From NCBI GenBank assembly GCA_028718605.1, contig JAQULM010000001.1, positions 519,006-583,005 on the forward strand: a stretch of 64,000 nt of DNA, given 5' to 3'. The translations under genes were made by a program, and so were the position numbers. Shown piece by piece: positions 29,406 to 38,596 of this stretch (its first letter is position 1; each line of letters starts with the position of its first letter). The stretch is from Patescibacteria group bacterium (GTDB lineage Bacteria; Patescibacteriota; Patescibacteriia; UBA10025; JAHIVO01). The notes beneath the pieces were generated by a model, which was not told the origin of the DNA, ran no database searches, and worked only from the letters and a program-made list of their open reading frames with translations.

Positions 29406-30181
29406 GGATGCAAAACTTTTAGCAACTGGCGGCGGACGCGCCCATTGGTGGCAACCACGCCCTGGCTATGAATCGTCCATGGCTTTCCTGTGTAATCCGT
29501 CACCGTGCCACCAGCTTCATGGACCAAGAGGACGCCAGGAAGAATATCCCATGAAGTAATGCCAGGGGGCACAACGACGCCAGCGGCGACCCGGCCAGCA
29601 GCCACGAATGCAAGTGTCAACGATGTGGAGCCAAAATGTCGCATGTTGAGCGCACGCCCTTGCAGCTGTCGCTGCACGAGCATATATCGCTGGCGCGATG
29701 CATTCGCTCTGGAACGAGCGAGTGTTATGATTGAATTCCGCAGCAAAGCCGTTGGTGATACGCGAATCCGCTTGCCATTGAGGAATGCGCCGCCATTATC
29801 TTCCGCATAGTAGAGCTCATTGAGCGCGGGTGCGTATTCTACGCTCACCAATATCCTGCCCTGGCGCCGCAACGCTATCGCCGTGCAAAATAGCGGATTG
29901 CCGATAATATAATTGGTCGTGCCATCAATCGGATCAATGACCCATTCATAAATGTCCGGATGGTCCTCAAGCCCGGTTTCCTCACTCAGGATATCGTGCG
30001 TCGGGAAGTGCTTCTTGATCAGGCCAAGAATAATTTTATTTGCCTGGAAGTCAGCGCGCGTTACCCGGTCAAATTCACTCTTCCGGTGGATCTCCGTGTG
30101 GCGGAGGCGCTGGTAATACTTCATCAGGCACGCACCCGCGAGCCGCGCGGCGCGAATGGCGATGGTACTGTGGTGTGTCAT
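29402..30181 (-). CDS. suhB: Inositol monophosphatase (SuhB-like)
   Basis: ILSEE, WVIDPIDGTTNY, VAAGR, WDILPG, EAGG. Confidence 0.85.
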   Translation of the reverse strand: MTHHSTIAIRAARLAGACLMKYYQRLRHTEIHRKSEFDRVTRADFQANKIILGLIKKHFPTHDILSEETGLEDHPDIYEWVIDPIDGTTNYIIGNPLFCTAIALRRQGRILVSVEYAPALNELYYAEDNGGAFLNGKRIRVSPTALLRNSIITLARSRANASRQRYMLVQRQLQGRALNMRHFGSTSLTLAFVAAGRVAAGVVVPPGITSWDILPGVLLVHEAGGTVTDYTGKPWTIHSQGVVATNGRVRRQLLKVLHP

Positions 30182-30681
30182 AGGGTATTAAGCATTTTCA
30201 GCGCGAGAGCGCCTGTTTCGGTATCGTACAGCGCGAAGGTCGGCTGGTAAAAAATATTCGCGAGGTTGCCGGGATTCACGAGCTTGGTGGAGCCGACCAT
30301 TTCTTCCCATGGCTTGTGGTTGTGGCCGTAAAAAACAATGTCATGGGCCGCCTCCGCCGCAAGCGCTTTGGCCATATAGGGATAATGGACAAAAGCAATT
30401 CGCATCTCGCCAATCTGGAGCTCCCCAATATCACCATGAATTTTGACATTTTTACATTCTTCGTATGCGAGCCGTGCCATATTATATTTATCCCCATCCA
30501 CATTGCCAAAGCACAGATGTATGGGCCCGGCGAAATGATCCGAAAAAAACTTGAGTGTTCCTGGTGCGCAGACGTCACCGCAATGAATCAGCGTTTCGAC
30601 ATGTTCATTCGTTATAAACGTGAGCGTCTTCTCAATATTCGGAAGGTTATCGTGTGAATCAGATACGATAGCAATTTTCAT
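30178..30681 (-). CDS. YfcE-family metallophosphoesterase
   Basis: SDSHDN, HCGD, GNVD, GHNH, NPG. Confidence 0.9.
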   Translation of the reverse strand: MKIAIVSDSHDNLPNIEKTLTFITNEHVETLIHCGDVCAPGTLKFFSDHFAGPIHLCFGNVDGDKYNMARLAYEECKNVKIHGDIGELQIGEMRIAFVHYPYMAKALAAEAAHDIVFYGHNHKPWEEMVGSTKLVNPGNLANIFYQPTFALYDTETGALALKMLNTL

Positions 30682-30690
30682 GAAAATCAA

Positions 30691-31452
30691 TTAAATGGTA
30701 ATTTCCATAAGATCTTGGGCGATTATAATCTCGCCCTGGAACGTCTTCCGGGCCTCTCCGAGAATATCAATCCGCTCGACAGCGGGATAGAAATGGGTAA
30801 GTGCCAGCTTTTTTACTCGTGCTTTCGACGCAAGTTCCCCGGCCTGTGATGGCGTGCAATGCCCTGGCATCGGTTGCGCCGCAGCCGAATCAATAAGCAA
30901 GAGGTCTGCTTTTTTCGCGAGCTTGACGACAGCTTCACTGAACCCTACGTCCCCCGTATACACAAACGATAAGCCCTCATATTCAACGCGGTACCCAATC
31001 GAGTTTTTCACGAGCGTGCTCGTTTGCTCCTCCAGGGCGCGCGTTTTAACCATAACATTGCCTATTTCAATATGCGAATTCTTCATTTCGGTCATTGCAA
31101 CGGGATACCCCGCTTTCTCGTAGAACTGCGGCCAGTATGCCTGCAGCATTTTCTTGAAAAACTTTTTAAACCCTTTCGGACCGACCACCTGAAGCTCGCG
31201 CGTGCGCTTATTCTCCCCCCAATGCAAATACCACAAGAGCGCGGGAAGTTCTGCTACATGGTCAACGTGCGTATGCGTATACATGAGATAATCGAGCGTA
31301 AGCGGATCACGGCCAGCCTCTGCCATACGCCGTTTCGTTCCTTCGCCGCTATCAAGCAAAAACGCCTTATCCCCAGCTTCTAAAAGATATGCTGATGCTG
31401 ACCGTTTGGCCGAGGGAACCAGCGTTCCCGAACCAAGTATCGTAAGTTTCAT
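30691..31452 (-). CDS. MBL-fold hydrolase (RNase Z-like)
   Basis: LGSG, LDSGEG, THTHVDH, YTGD, LTHFYP. Confidence 0.85.
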   Translation of the reverse strand: MKLTILGSGTLVPSAKRSASAYLLEAGDKAFLLDSGEGTKRRMAEAGRDPLTLDYLMYTHTHVDHVAELPALLWYLHWGENKRTRELQVVGPKGFKKFFKKMLQAYWPQFYEKAGYPVAMTEMKNSHIEIGNVMVKTRALEEQTSTLVKNSIGYRVEYEGLSFVYTGDVGFSEAVVKLAKKADLLLIDSAAAQPMPGHCTPSQAGELASKARVKKLALTHFYPAVERIDILGEARKTFQGEIIIAQDLMEITI

Positions 31453-31462
31453 ACTGTTTTTG

Positions 31463-32110
31463 TTATGTTGATAAATACCCCCGTATCCAATAGTATACCG
31501 TCGCAAGGTACTCCCGCACAACAGCACGGGCATCGGTATAATTGCGAAAGAGGTTTTTTCCCGTCATGTCCCGGAACGCGGCAACGCAGGTGATAGCCAT
31601 GCCCACATGCTTAAATACCGCGCATGCCCGCTTCGTATGGTATGCGGACGTGACAACGAGCGCCGTATCGAAACCTTCGTGCTCCATGATTGCCTTGGTA
31701 TTCAATGCATTCTCATGCGTACTCGACGACGCCGGTTCCTCAATAATGCTCTCAGCTGGCTGGCCGAGGAACTCCGCATAATTCCTCATGATATCGCTTT
31801 CGCTATACGTATGCCCTTTAACTACGCCGCCGGCGAAAATTATATGCTCCGCGTACCCGCCACGGTACAGCTCGATGCCGCGCTGTACGCGTTCTTGCAC
31901 TGACCATGGCAGGGTCTGAGTATCAGTTACCACGCCGCCGCCGAGGACGATGATAACATCACGTGCCTCCGGTTGTTCATTGCGTACGAGCGGTTTGGAA
32001 ATGAAATCGGCAATATTAAACAGTGTCATTGCTAGCGCGAGCACGGCGACGCCAAATCCGCACCAGAGGACAATACCAGCCAACCTACTTTTTTGTTGTG
32101 CCACTATCAT
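31463..32110 (-). CDS. YdcF/DUF218 (ElyC-like) protein
   Basis: N-terminal TM, IVLGGG, SE..M, STHENA, VTSAYHTKRA. Confidence 0.88.
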   Translation of the reverse strand: MIVAQQKSRLAGIVLWCGFGVAVLALAMTLFNIADFISKPLVRNEQPEARDVIIVLGGGVVTDTQTLPWSVQERVQRGIELYRGGYAEHIIFAGGVVKGHTYSESDIMRNYAEFLGQPAESIIEEPASSSTHENALNTKAIMEHEGFDTALVVTSAYHTKRACAVFKHVGMAITCVAAFRDMTGKNLFRNYTDARAVVREYLATVYYWIRGYLST

Positions 32111-32946
32111 AGTGATTGCCGTATCCCCTTAAGGGTCCTCATGTCATCAGCATCCGAGTCGTCTTTCGGAGTTTCAAGAATCCAATCAACGTCATGAATA
32201 CGTGCAGCGCCAATAAGGGCACGGAAGCCGTCAATGCCAATCATACCGTTGCCGATATGCTCATGCCGGTCTGACCGCGAGCCAAGCTCTGCTTTCGCGT
32301 CATTCGCATGCACGAGCTGAAGTTTTTCAAGGCCGATCGCTTTATCAAACGCTTTCAGGGTTTTTGCAACAGCTGCCTTTTCCCGCACGTCATACCCTGA
32401 AACAAACGCGTGGCACGTGTCAAAACAAACGCCGATGTGGATCCTCGGGTACGCCTTGATAATCGCCCCGATCTCGTCAAACGTATCCCCGATAATAGTG
32501 CCGCCAGCGCCTGCTGAGTTTTCGATGAGGAATTGGGCACTGCCAGTATAACCGTCCAGTATTTTACCGACGCCTTCGATAACTTTCTTCAGCGCCTGCG
32601 CTTTGCCCAAATCTTTCGACGAACCGAGGTGCGTCATGACAGCACGCGCGCCGAGCAGGGACGCGCGGTCGAGTTCATCGCGGATGACTTTTATGGACCC
32701 ATAGCGTATTTTTGGGCTCGATGACGCAAGGTTGATGTAGTACGGCGTGTGGATGTACGCGGCCGCTTGCCGGTGTTTCTTCATATTCGCCGTAAACTGC
32801 GCCACAATTTTATCATCCAACACTGGGGCAGGCCCGCCCTGCGGCGGCCGCGAAAACATCTGGAAGCACTCGCAGGCGGCGCGCTCCGCGTTCACCGGCG
32901 CGTTCGCGATACTGCCTGCGATAGAAACATGTGCCCCGATATTCAT
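32107..32946 (-). CDS. nfo: Endonuclease IV
   Basis: IGAHVSIAG, HTPYYINLAS, IENSAG, CFDTCHAF, HAND, DRHEHIG, ILETP. Confidence 0.95.
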   Translation of the reverse strand: MNIGAHVSIAGSIANAPVNAERAACECFQMFSRPPQGGPAPVLDDKIVAQFTANMKKHRQAAAYIHTPYYINLASSSPKIRYGSIKVIRDELDRASLLGARAVMTHLGSSKDLGKAQALKKVIEGVGKILDGYTGSAQFLIENSAGAGGTIIGDTFDEIGAIIKAYPRIHIGVCFDTCHAFVSGYDVREKAAVAKTLKAFDKAIGLEKLQLVHANDAKAELGSRSDRHEHIGNGMIGIDGFRALIGAARIHDVDWILETPKDDSDADDMRTLKGIRQSL

Positions 32947-32953
32947 ATGTTCT

Positions 32954-34243
32954 CTACTTTTTCCCGTCAGCAATTGAATGGAAAAACTCCATGACCTTGC
33001 GGCTGCGGATATTCGTCCTCAAGTAGCTCCGGTAATCATCAGACGTAATCTGCTTCAGGATGTCCGGCTGGTCGTGGTACTGTTCGCGTGCTTTGTCGAT
33101 TTCCCGGGTGATTTCCTCATCACGTGCTGTGATGTTCTCCCGTTCCGCGACGTGCCGAAGAATGAGTGCAGCTTTGATGCGCTCGACAGCGCGCGGGGCA
33201 AGCTCCTTTTCCAGGCTTTCCTTCGTCTTCTTGATACTCGTGAGGTAATCCTCGAACTTCATGCCCTGCGATGACACGTCATGCTCGAGCTCATGCATCA
33301 TCTTGTGCGCTTCCGCTTCGAGAAGCATGTCGGGAATAGGACCAAACGTGGACTTCTTGATAATCGCATCAAGGACGGCAAGTTCCCACCGCTCGCCTTC
33401 TTTTTCCTGTTTCTCCTGCAAAATATTACCCTCGATCTTCTTGCGTAAATCGTCGAGCTTCTCAAACTTGCCGACCTGCTGCGCAAATGCGTCATCGGCT
33501 GGCGGAAGCTCCCGCTCAAATACCGCATTGACAGTTACCTTGAATTCTACCGGCCGATTCGCCATATCCTTGCGGTGGTACTCCTTGGGAAACTTCACGG
33601 AGAACTCTTTGGTCTGCCCCTCGCTCAAGCCAATAAGCTGCTCCTCGAAACCGGGGACAAACCGTCCTTCTCCGAGCATAAGGGACTGGTTCTTGGTTGC
33701 CCCGCCGTCGAGCGGTACTGAATCAAGAAACGTAGCAAGATCGGCTTCAATTTTGTCTCCGTTCTGCACAGGGCGCTGCACGCGCTTTTCCTTCGCGAGC
33801 AGCTTCCGGAGATTCTGGATTGCGTCGTCAGTTTCCTTGGGTTCAACAACAGGCGTGCGTTTCTGCTCTTTGATGTTCTTATAATCGGCAATTTCAACCG
33901 TCGGCACGAGCGATGCGACCGCGCGGTATGAAAATGGGTTGCCTGGCGCGATTTTCTCCACGGCAATCTGCGGAGAGCCGACCGTTTGCAGTTTGTGGTC
34001 GATGACTGCCTGGCTGTACGTTTTCTCCACGGCACGTTCAGCCGCGTCCTGGTACACGCGCATTTCGCCGACGCGTTTTACGACGACATCATAGGGCGCC
34101 TTGCCGGGACGGAAGCCGGGGATATTCGAAGACGATGAAATTGACGTTGCGGCGCGTTCGAGATACGGGCGCATATCGTCAGGCGAGAGCTCCACGGAAA
34201 GCTCAACCTGGCCTTTCGGTAATTCTTTGACAGTAACATTCAT
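32954..34243 (-). CDS. tig: Trigger factor
   Basis: PGFRPGKAP; FKBP domain FVPGFEEQLIG, FPKEYH. Confidence 0.96.
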   Translation of the reverse strand: MNVTVKELPKGQVELSVELSPDDMRPYLERAATSISSSSNIPGFRPGKAPYDVVVKRVGEMRVYQDAAERAVEKTYSQAVIDHKLQTVGSPQIAVEKIAPGNPFSYRAVASLVPTVEIADYKNIKEQKRTPVVEPKETDDAIQNLRKLLAKEKRVQRPVQNGDKIEADLATFLDSVPLDGGATKNQSLMLGEGRFVPGFEEQLIGLSEGQTKEFSVKFPKEYHRKDMANRPVEFKVTVNAVFERELPPADDAFAQQVGKFEKLDDLRKKIEGNILQEKQEKEGERWELAVLDAIIKKSTFGPIPDMLLEAEAHKMMHELEHDVSSQGMKFEDYLTSIKKTKESLEKELAPRAVERIKAALILRHVAERENITARDEEITREIDKAREQYHDQPDILKQITSDDYRSYLRTNIRSRKVMEFFHSIADGKK

Positions 34244-34257
34244 TGAACACTTCTATA

Positions 34258-34797
34258 TTAAAATTTATTTTTCTGCAAATGGAGCGCGTATCCGAGAAGG
34301 TTGAAAATAGTATGGACAAGGATGCCAAGCAGTATGGCCATAAACCCCGCCGCCCACCCCGGGAAATACACGATGCTCACGAGCGCGAATGCGCCGATGG
34401 AATAATCGACCTGGTCAAAGGGGAACCAGCTCACGCCCGGCTCGCGGTTGATGCGGCGTTTGAAAAAACTCTTGAGGGCGTCTCCCCACACAGCGCCTAA
34501 CCCCTGCAAGAGGCCGATGGCCCACGATGCCTGAGTATAATTGAACATACTGATATCCTGCAGCGCATTGTACCGGTACAGCCATCGCTGGATAAGGAAG
34601 GTTAAAACGCCAAACAGCGTGCCGAAAATAATGCCGCGCCACGTCTTGTGGTCCCCGAACACCCGCTTCCCCCGCCACGAACGGCCGAAATCAACGGGGA
34701 CACCGAGGATCGGAATAAACCGCGACAGGGACGCGGCGAGGTTCGCAATTCCCGTTGGGAGAAAAAACCAGACAGTTTTTAGGATCAGATCAACCAT
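34258..34797 (-). CDS. CarS/DUF46-type (CDP-archaeol synthase-like) cytidylyltransferase
   Basis: PVDFG, RVFGDHKTWRG, GDALKSFFKRR, FDQVD; multiple TMs. Confidence 0.85.
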   Translation of the reverse strand: MVDLILKTVWFFLPTGIANLAASLSRFIPILGVPVDFGRSWRGKRVFGDHKTWRGIIFGTLFGVLTFLIQRWLYRYNALQDISMFNYTQASWAIGLLQGLGAVWGDALKSFFKRRINREPGVSWFPFDQVDYSIGAFALVSIVYFPGWAAGFMAILLGILVHTIFNLLGYALHLQKNKF

Positions 34798-34869
34798 AGA
34801 CCAATGCAATGTATACGTGTGGTTATTGTACCAATAGAACAACGGCTTTAAAAGGCATGCAACAGCAGG

Positions 34870-35763
34870 CTATCCAAGCTTTTCGAGCGCCCGTTTGCCC
34901 TGTTCGATGCCGTGCTGGTACAATTCCAGCAATTTTGCACGGTTAGTCGTCGAGTGTGAGTGGGGCAATTCGTTCTGGACAACGATCGCATTCGGATACT
35001 TGCTTAACCGGGACGCGTTAATAAAGCAGAAAAATGCCCGCAGCGGCTGGCACGCTATCCGAAAGCCAAACAGAATTGCCAGCAGAAACATCTGAAGTAT
35101 TTCGAACGGGAGCGCTTGCAGCGTATTGAGGATGGTCTTTCGATTATTGATAATATACACAACCTTTTTATCGGGATTGTCTGCGATCAAACGAAGATCC
35201 GCCTTGCTGCGTACATATCCGCCATCGAGATAGTCCCTGCCGGCTAACCTGACCGGCGATGCGTAGAATGGCGGCGATGACGCTGAGGCCTTCAGCGCAC
35301 GCAACGTGCCCGCGGTGCCATCACTATACCGCGCCTGCCGCTCTTGCATGTCGTATACGGCAACATTAAACGGTATCGGCTGCTCTTTGATCGCTGCCAC
35401 GTCCAACCGCTTCTGCGAAGATTCAACCTGCTCCAGATAATCAATATCAATGAGGTGATGAATCGGGTGCGACTTCCGAAACCGATGGATGGTTATATCG
35501 ACGAGGTACCGGAAAAAATTCTGCGGTTTGATGAAATTTCTTCCGATAAGATCCTCGTAGTAGATGCTCGCACCCAATCGTGCTTGGGGAGGATTCTTCC
35601 ATGCAGCTAAAAAGTAAGCGGCATTATGGGCGCCGGCGGATGTCCCGTAGATGCTGTGTATTCGCGGGTATAGATTGGCTTCATGGAACGCGGTTACGAC
35701 GCCAGCGCCAAACACGCCCAGCATTGCTCCGCCTTCGCTTATGACAATAACATCGCGCTCCAT
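34870..35763 (-). CDS. Patatin-like phospholipase
   Basis: Oxyanion EGGAMLG, nucleophile GTSAG, catalytic DGG. Confidence 0.9.
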   Translation of the reverse strand: MERDVIVISEGGAMLGVFGAGVVTAFHEANLYPRIHSIYGTSAGAHNAAYFLAAWKNPPQARLGASIYYEDLIGRNFIKPQNFFRYLVDITIHRFRKSHPIHHLIDIDYLEQVESSQKRLDVAAIKEQPIPFNVAVYDMQERQARYSDGTAGTLRALKASASSPPFYASPVRLAGRDYLDGGYVRSKADLRLIADNPDKKVVYIINNRKTILNTLQALPFEILQMFLLAILFGFRIACQPLRAFFCFINASRLSKYPNAIVVQNELPHSHSTTNRAKLLELYQHGIEQGKRALEKLG

Positions 35764-35777
35764 ATTTCAGGGGGTGC

Positions 35778-37229
35778 TCAATCTTTCGGGCGGTTGTCGA
35801 TGATGCGCTTTTCCTTCACCTCCGTCTCCATGCCGAGCATTTGCAGAATTTTTTCGAGCTTTTGCTCATGGATATCAACGTTGATAAAGAGCTCGCTATG
35901 GACAGCGCGTTGGATTCTGTGCTTCATTTCGCCCATAGAAACGCCTTCTTTCAGCGCAACATGGAGGAATATCTCATCGATGTCATACGGGTCATCATTG
36001 CGCTTCCGGATTTCCACCTGCCACTCTTCGATCTCTGGAATTGAAGACAGCACCGGATAAAAATTATTGAGGTTGATCAGCTCGCCCTTCACCTTCGTGA
36101 GGCGGAATTCTTTGATTTCCGATGTGCGCTGGATGTCCATGCGGATGCGGGGGACTGTTTTCCCGCAATGCGGGCATGGCTCGTAGTCGATCCCTTCTGT
36201 CATGTCGCCGGTGCGGTACCGCACCACGATCGTGCCGTGCCACCCGAGGCTCGTATACACCAGCTCACCGGGTTCGCCAGGCCCGACGCGCTTCCCGTTT
36301 TTGTCGATGACTTCGAAATATTCGATATCGGGATATAAATGGTACCCGGACAGCTCGTGGCACTGTATCCAGGCGATCTTCGCCTCGGTAAATGCGTACG
36401 TCGAGAGGAATTGGACATCCTTTGCGCCGACCTCGACAAGCAGTTTTTTTACCTTTTCCTTCATGCCGGCGCTCGCCCGTTCCCCGCCGCTGATGACGAA
36501 CTTCAGGTTCGAAAAATCCTTTTTCTGCTTGACTGCCTCGCGGATGAGGTGATACCCGTAGCCGGGGATAAACGCGATGATCCCGATTTTCAAGCGCTCG
36601 ATCGCATCGATGATTTTCTGTGTGCCCATGATCTTGCCGCCGCCTGTCTGAAGTGACGTCATCCCAAGCTTTAAAAATCCATTATACACCTGCCAAAAAG
36701 CCAAGTGCGGAGCGTAGGGAAACGCATTGAGCGCGAAAAGGTCTCGGGATACACCGGCAACATCAAGCATGCGTGCGCCTCCCTCCTGCAGCGTCGCGAC
36801 GTCAGTCGCCGTATACGCAAACGGGGTCGGCAATGCCGTGCGGCCGGTTGTAAAATGCAGATGCACTGGTTTGTATTCATATTCAAGCGCCCGCTTGACG
36901 TCCTGTTTGGTCAGCTTTCCCCAGAGGATCTGCGCCAGTTTTTGCTTGGACGCGTACTGCTTGATTAATTGCTCGTCCGGCTGAAGAATGAATTGCCGCG
37001 TCCTCGCCGGATCATCCGCTGTCGGCGCGATGTCCGCCTTAGTCGTGAAGGGGATTCGCTGCAAGTCATCGGTCGTCCGAATGTCCCCAAACCGAATGTT
37101 ATTTTCTTCAAACAACCGGCGGTAATACGGCGAATAGGGCAGCTCGTGCTGCATAAAGTACGCGAGCCGGCGGTTCTGGCGCTCGAGCAGCTCCGCAGCA
37201 GGTAATTGCGAAAGTTCGGTCCATTTCAT
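35778..37229 (-). CDS. Adenylate-forming CoA ligase (PaaK / phenylacetate-CoA ligase family)
   Basis: PFTTKADI, TTGRTALP, SGGE, TYAFTE, GELVYT, RYRTGD, KVKG. Confidence 0.85.
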   Translation of the reverse strand: MKWTELSQLPAAELLERQNRRLAYFMQHELPYSPYYRRLFEENNIRFGDIRTTDDLQRIPFTTKADIAPTADDPARTRQFILQPDEQLIKQYASKQKLAQILWGKLTKQDVKRALEYEYKPVHLHFTTGRTALPTPFAYTATDVATLQEGGARMLDVAGVSRDLFALNAFPYAPHLAFWQVYNGFLKLGMTSLQTGGGKIMGTQKIIDAIERLKIGIIAFIPGYGYHLIREAVKQKKDFSNLKFVISGGERASAGMKEKVKKLLVEVGAKDVQFLSTYAFTEAKIAWIQCHELSGYHLYPDIEYFEVIDKNGKRVGPGEPGELVYTSLGWHGTIVVRYRTGDMTEGIDYEPCPHCGKTVPRIRMDIQRTSEIKEFRLTKVKGELINLNNFYPVLSSIPEIEEWQVEIRKRNDDPYDIDEIFLHVALKEGVSMGEMKHRIQRAVHSELFINVDIHEQKLEKILQMLGMETEVKEKRIIDNRPKD

Positions 37230-37243
37230 AGATATATCATAAA

Positions 37244-37936
37244 TTATAAATGACGGGCATGAATACTTGTCAGATTATCGATCTGCGCCATGATATAATC
37301 AGTCGCTCCATACAGCAGTTCACGATCAACTTTCTTGCCGTAAAACTGGTTGAGCTCAAACGGCTTACCGATATGAATCTCCATCGAATGGGGATTGAGC
37401 AGCACATTTTTTATAACCTGCCGCCGCCGCAATAATCTCGGCAGGTCCGCACGGACCGAAATGTCGTGGACAAGCCCGACCGGCACGATCGGCACTCGGG
37501 ACCAGAGCGCGAGCCGCGCGACGCCGGTTTTTGCGTGATGTTTTGCCGCGCTAAATTCCTGAAGCAGCCCTTCCGGAAAAATGCCGACGACTTTCCCCTT
37601 GCGAAGGTAGTCCTGTGCGATATCAAGGCAAATTTTCGGGTTTTCACGGTAGAACGGGATTGACCCTGCCCACCGCTCCGCGACAATCTTTTCCCAAAAC
37701 CAGCCCCACTTGGCAACATTCGAAACGAAAAAAATTTTATCGTCGATCCGCGGTATGATCACCGCAGCGATAAAAACGCCATCCATGGGCCCCATGTGCT
37801 TGCACGCGATGATGTACGGGCCTTTCAGGGGCACATTTTCAAGCCCCACGGTTTTTCGGATGAAGAACCGTACAAATGGGAACAGCGTTCGTTTTGCTAT
37901 TGGGTACACCATGACACTCTGGCGTCGTTTATACAA
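37244..37936 (-). CDS. PlsC-family lysophospholipid acyltransferase (start may be 37912)
   Basis: HX4D motif HMGPMD, IFPEG, KTGVARLA, PIVPVG. Confidence 0.88.
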   Translation of the reverse strand: MYKRRQSVMVYPIAKRTLFPFVRFFIRKTVGLENVPLKGPYIIACKHMGPMDGVFIAAVIIPRIDDKIFFVSNVAKWGWFWEKIVAERWAGSIPFYRENPKICLDIAQDYLRKGKVVGIFPEGLLQEFSAAKHHAKTGVARLALWSRVPIVPVGLVHDISVRADLPRLLRRRQVIKNVLLNPHSMEIHIGKPFELNQFYGKKVDRELLYGATDYIMAQIDNLTSIHARHL

Positions 37937-38575
37937 TTAATGACTGTACGACTTGCCACACAGCTGACCAACCGCGGACATTAGTTTTCTTGTTGCCGCA
38001 TCCAGCAGGGATTTGTCAATCGGCTTGCCGCGAAACTCTGCGAGATCAACCGAAGGACCGAACCGCACATCAATCCTCCTGCTGGGGCGGAAAAGGTTGG
38101 CAAGAACCGTGAGAAAGCTGTGCCCGGTTGGATTCACGAGCCCGGCCGGAATCAGCGGAGCGCCGGTTGCGAGCGCCAGCCGAATTGCTCCAGTTTTGCC
38201 CTTTAGCAGTGACGACGGGTCAATATTCCTGGTCGCTTCGGGGAACATCAAAACGATCCCACCTCGGCTGATGATGGCCGTCGCCTCGTCCAGTGTGTCC
38301 CGTTTTCGTTTTGGGTTAATAGGAATGGCGCCAAACCACGAACGGGATATCGCGCCACCGAGCACTACCCACAGAATGTAGCGGGATGGAACGCTGATTG
38401 CCTTGCGGAAACGCCTTATCAGAATATAGGAAAGCGCCGGCCCATCGAGGAAACCGACGTGGTTTGCAGCAACGATAAACGGTGCGGCAGACGGTAGATT
38501 TTCCGCTCCCGTCACCGTACCGAGCTTCAGGGCAATCAAGGGTCCGAGAATTTTCCGCAGCAAACGGTACATCAT
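37937..38575 (-). CDS. PlsC-family lysophospholipid acyltransferase
   Basis: NHVGFLD, FPEATR, KTGAIRLALATGAPLIP. Confidence 0.9.
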   Translation of the reverse strand: MMYRLLRKILGPLIALKLGTVTGAENLPSAAPFIVAANHVGFLDGPALSYILIRRFRKAISVPSRYILWVVLGGAISRSWFGAIPINPKRKRDTLDEATAIISRGGIVLMFPEATRNIDPSSLLKGKTGAIRLALATGAPLIPAGLVNPTGHSFLTVLANLFRPSRRIDVRFGPSVDLAEFRGKPIDKSLLDAATRKLMSAVGQLCGKSYSH

Positions 38576-38596
38576 ATCAAATGGTGAAAAAGGGGG

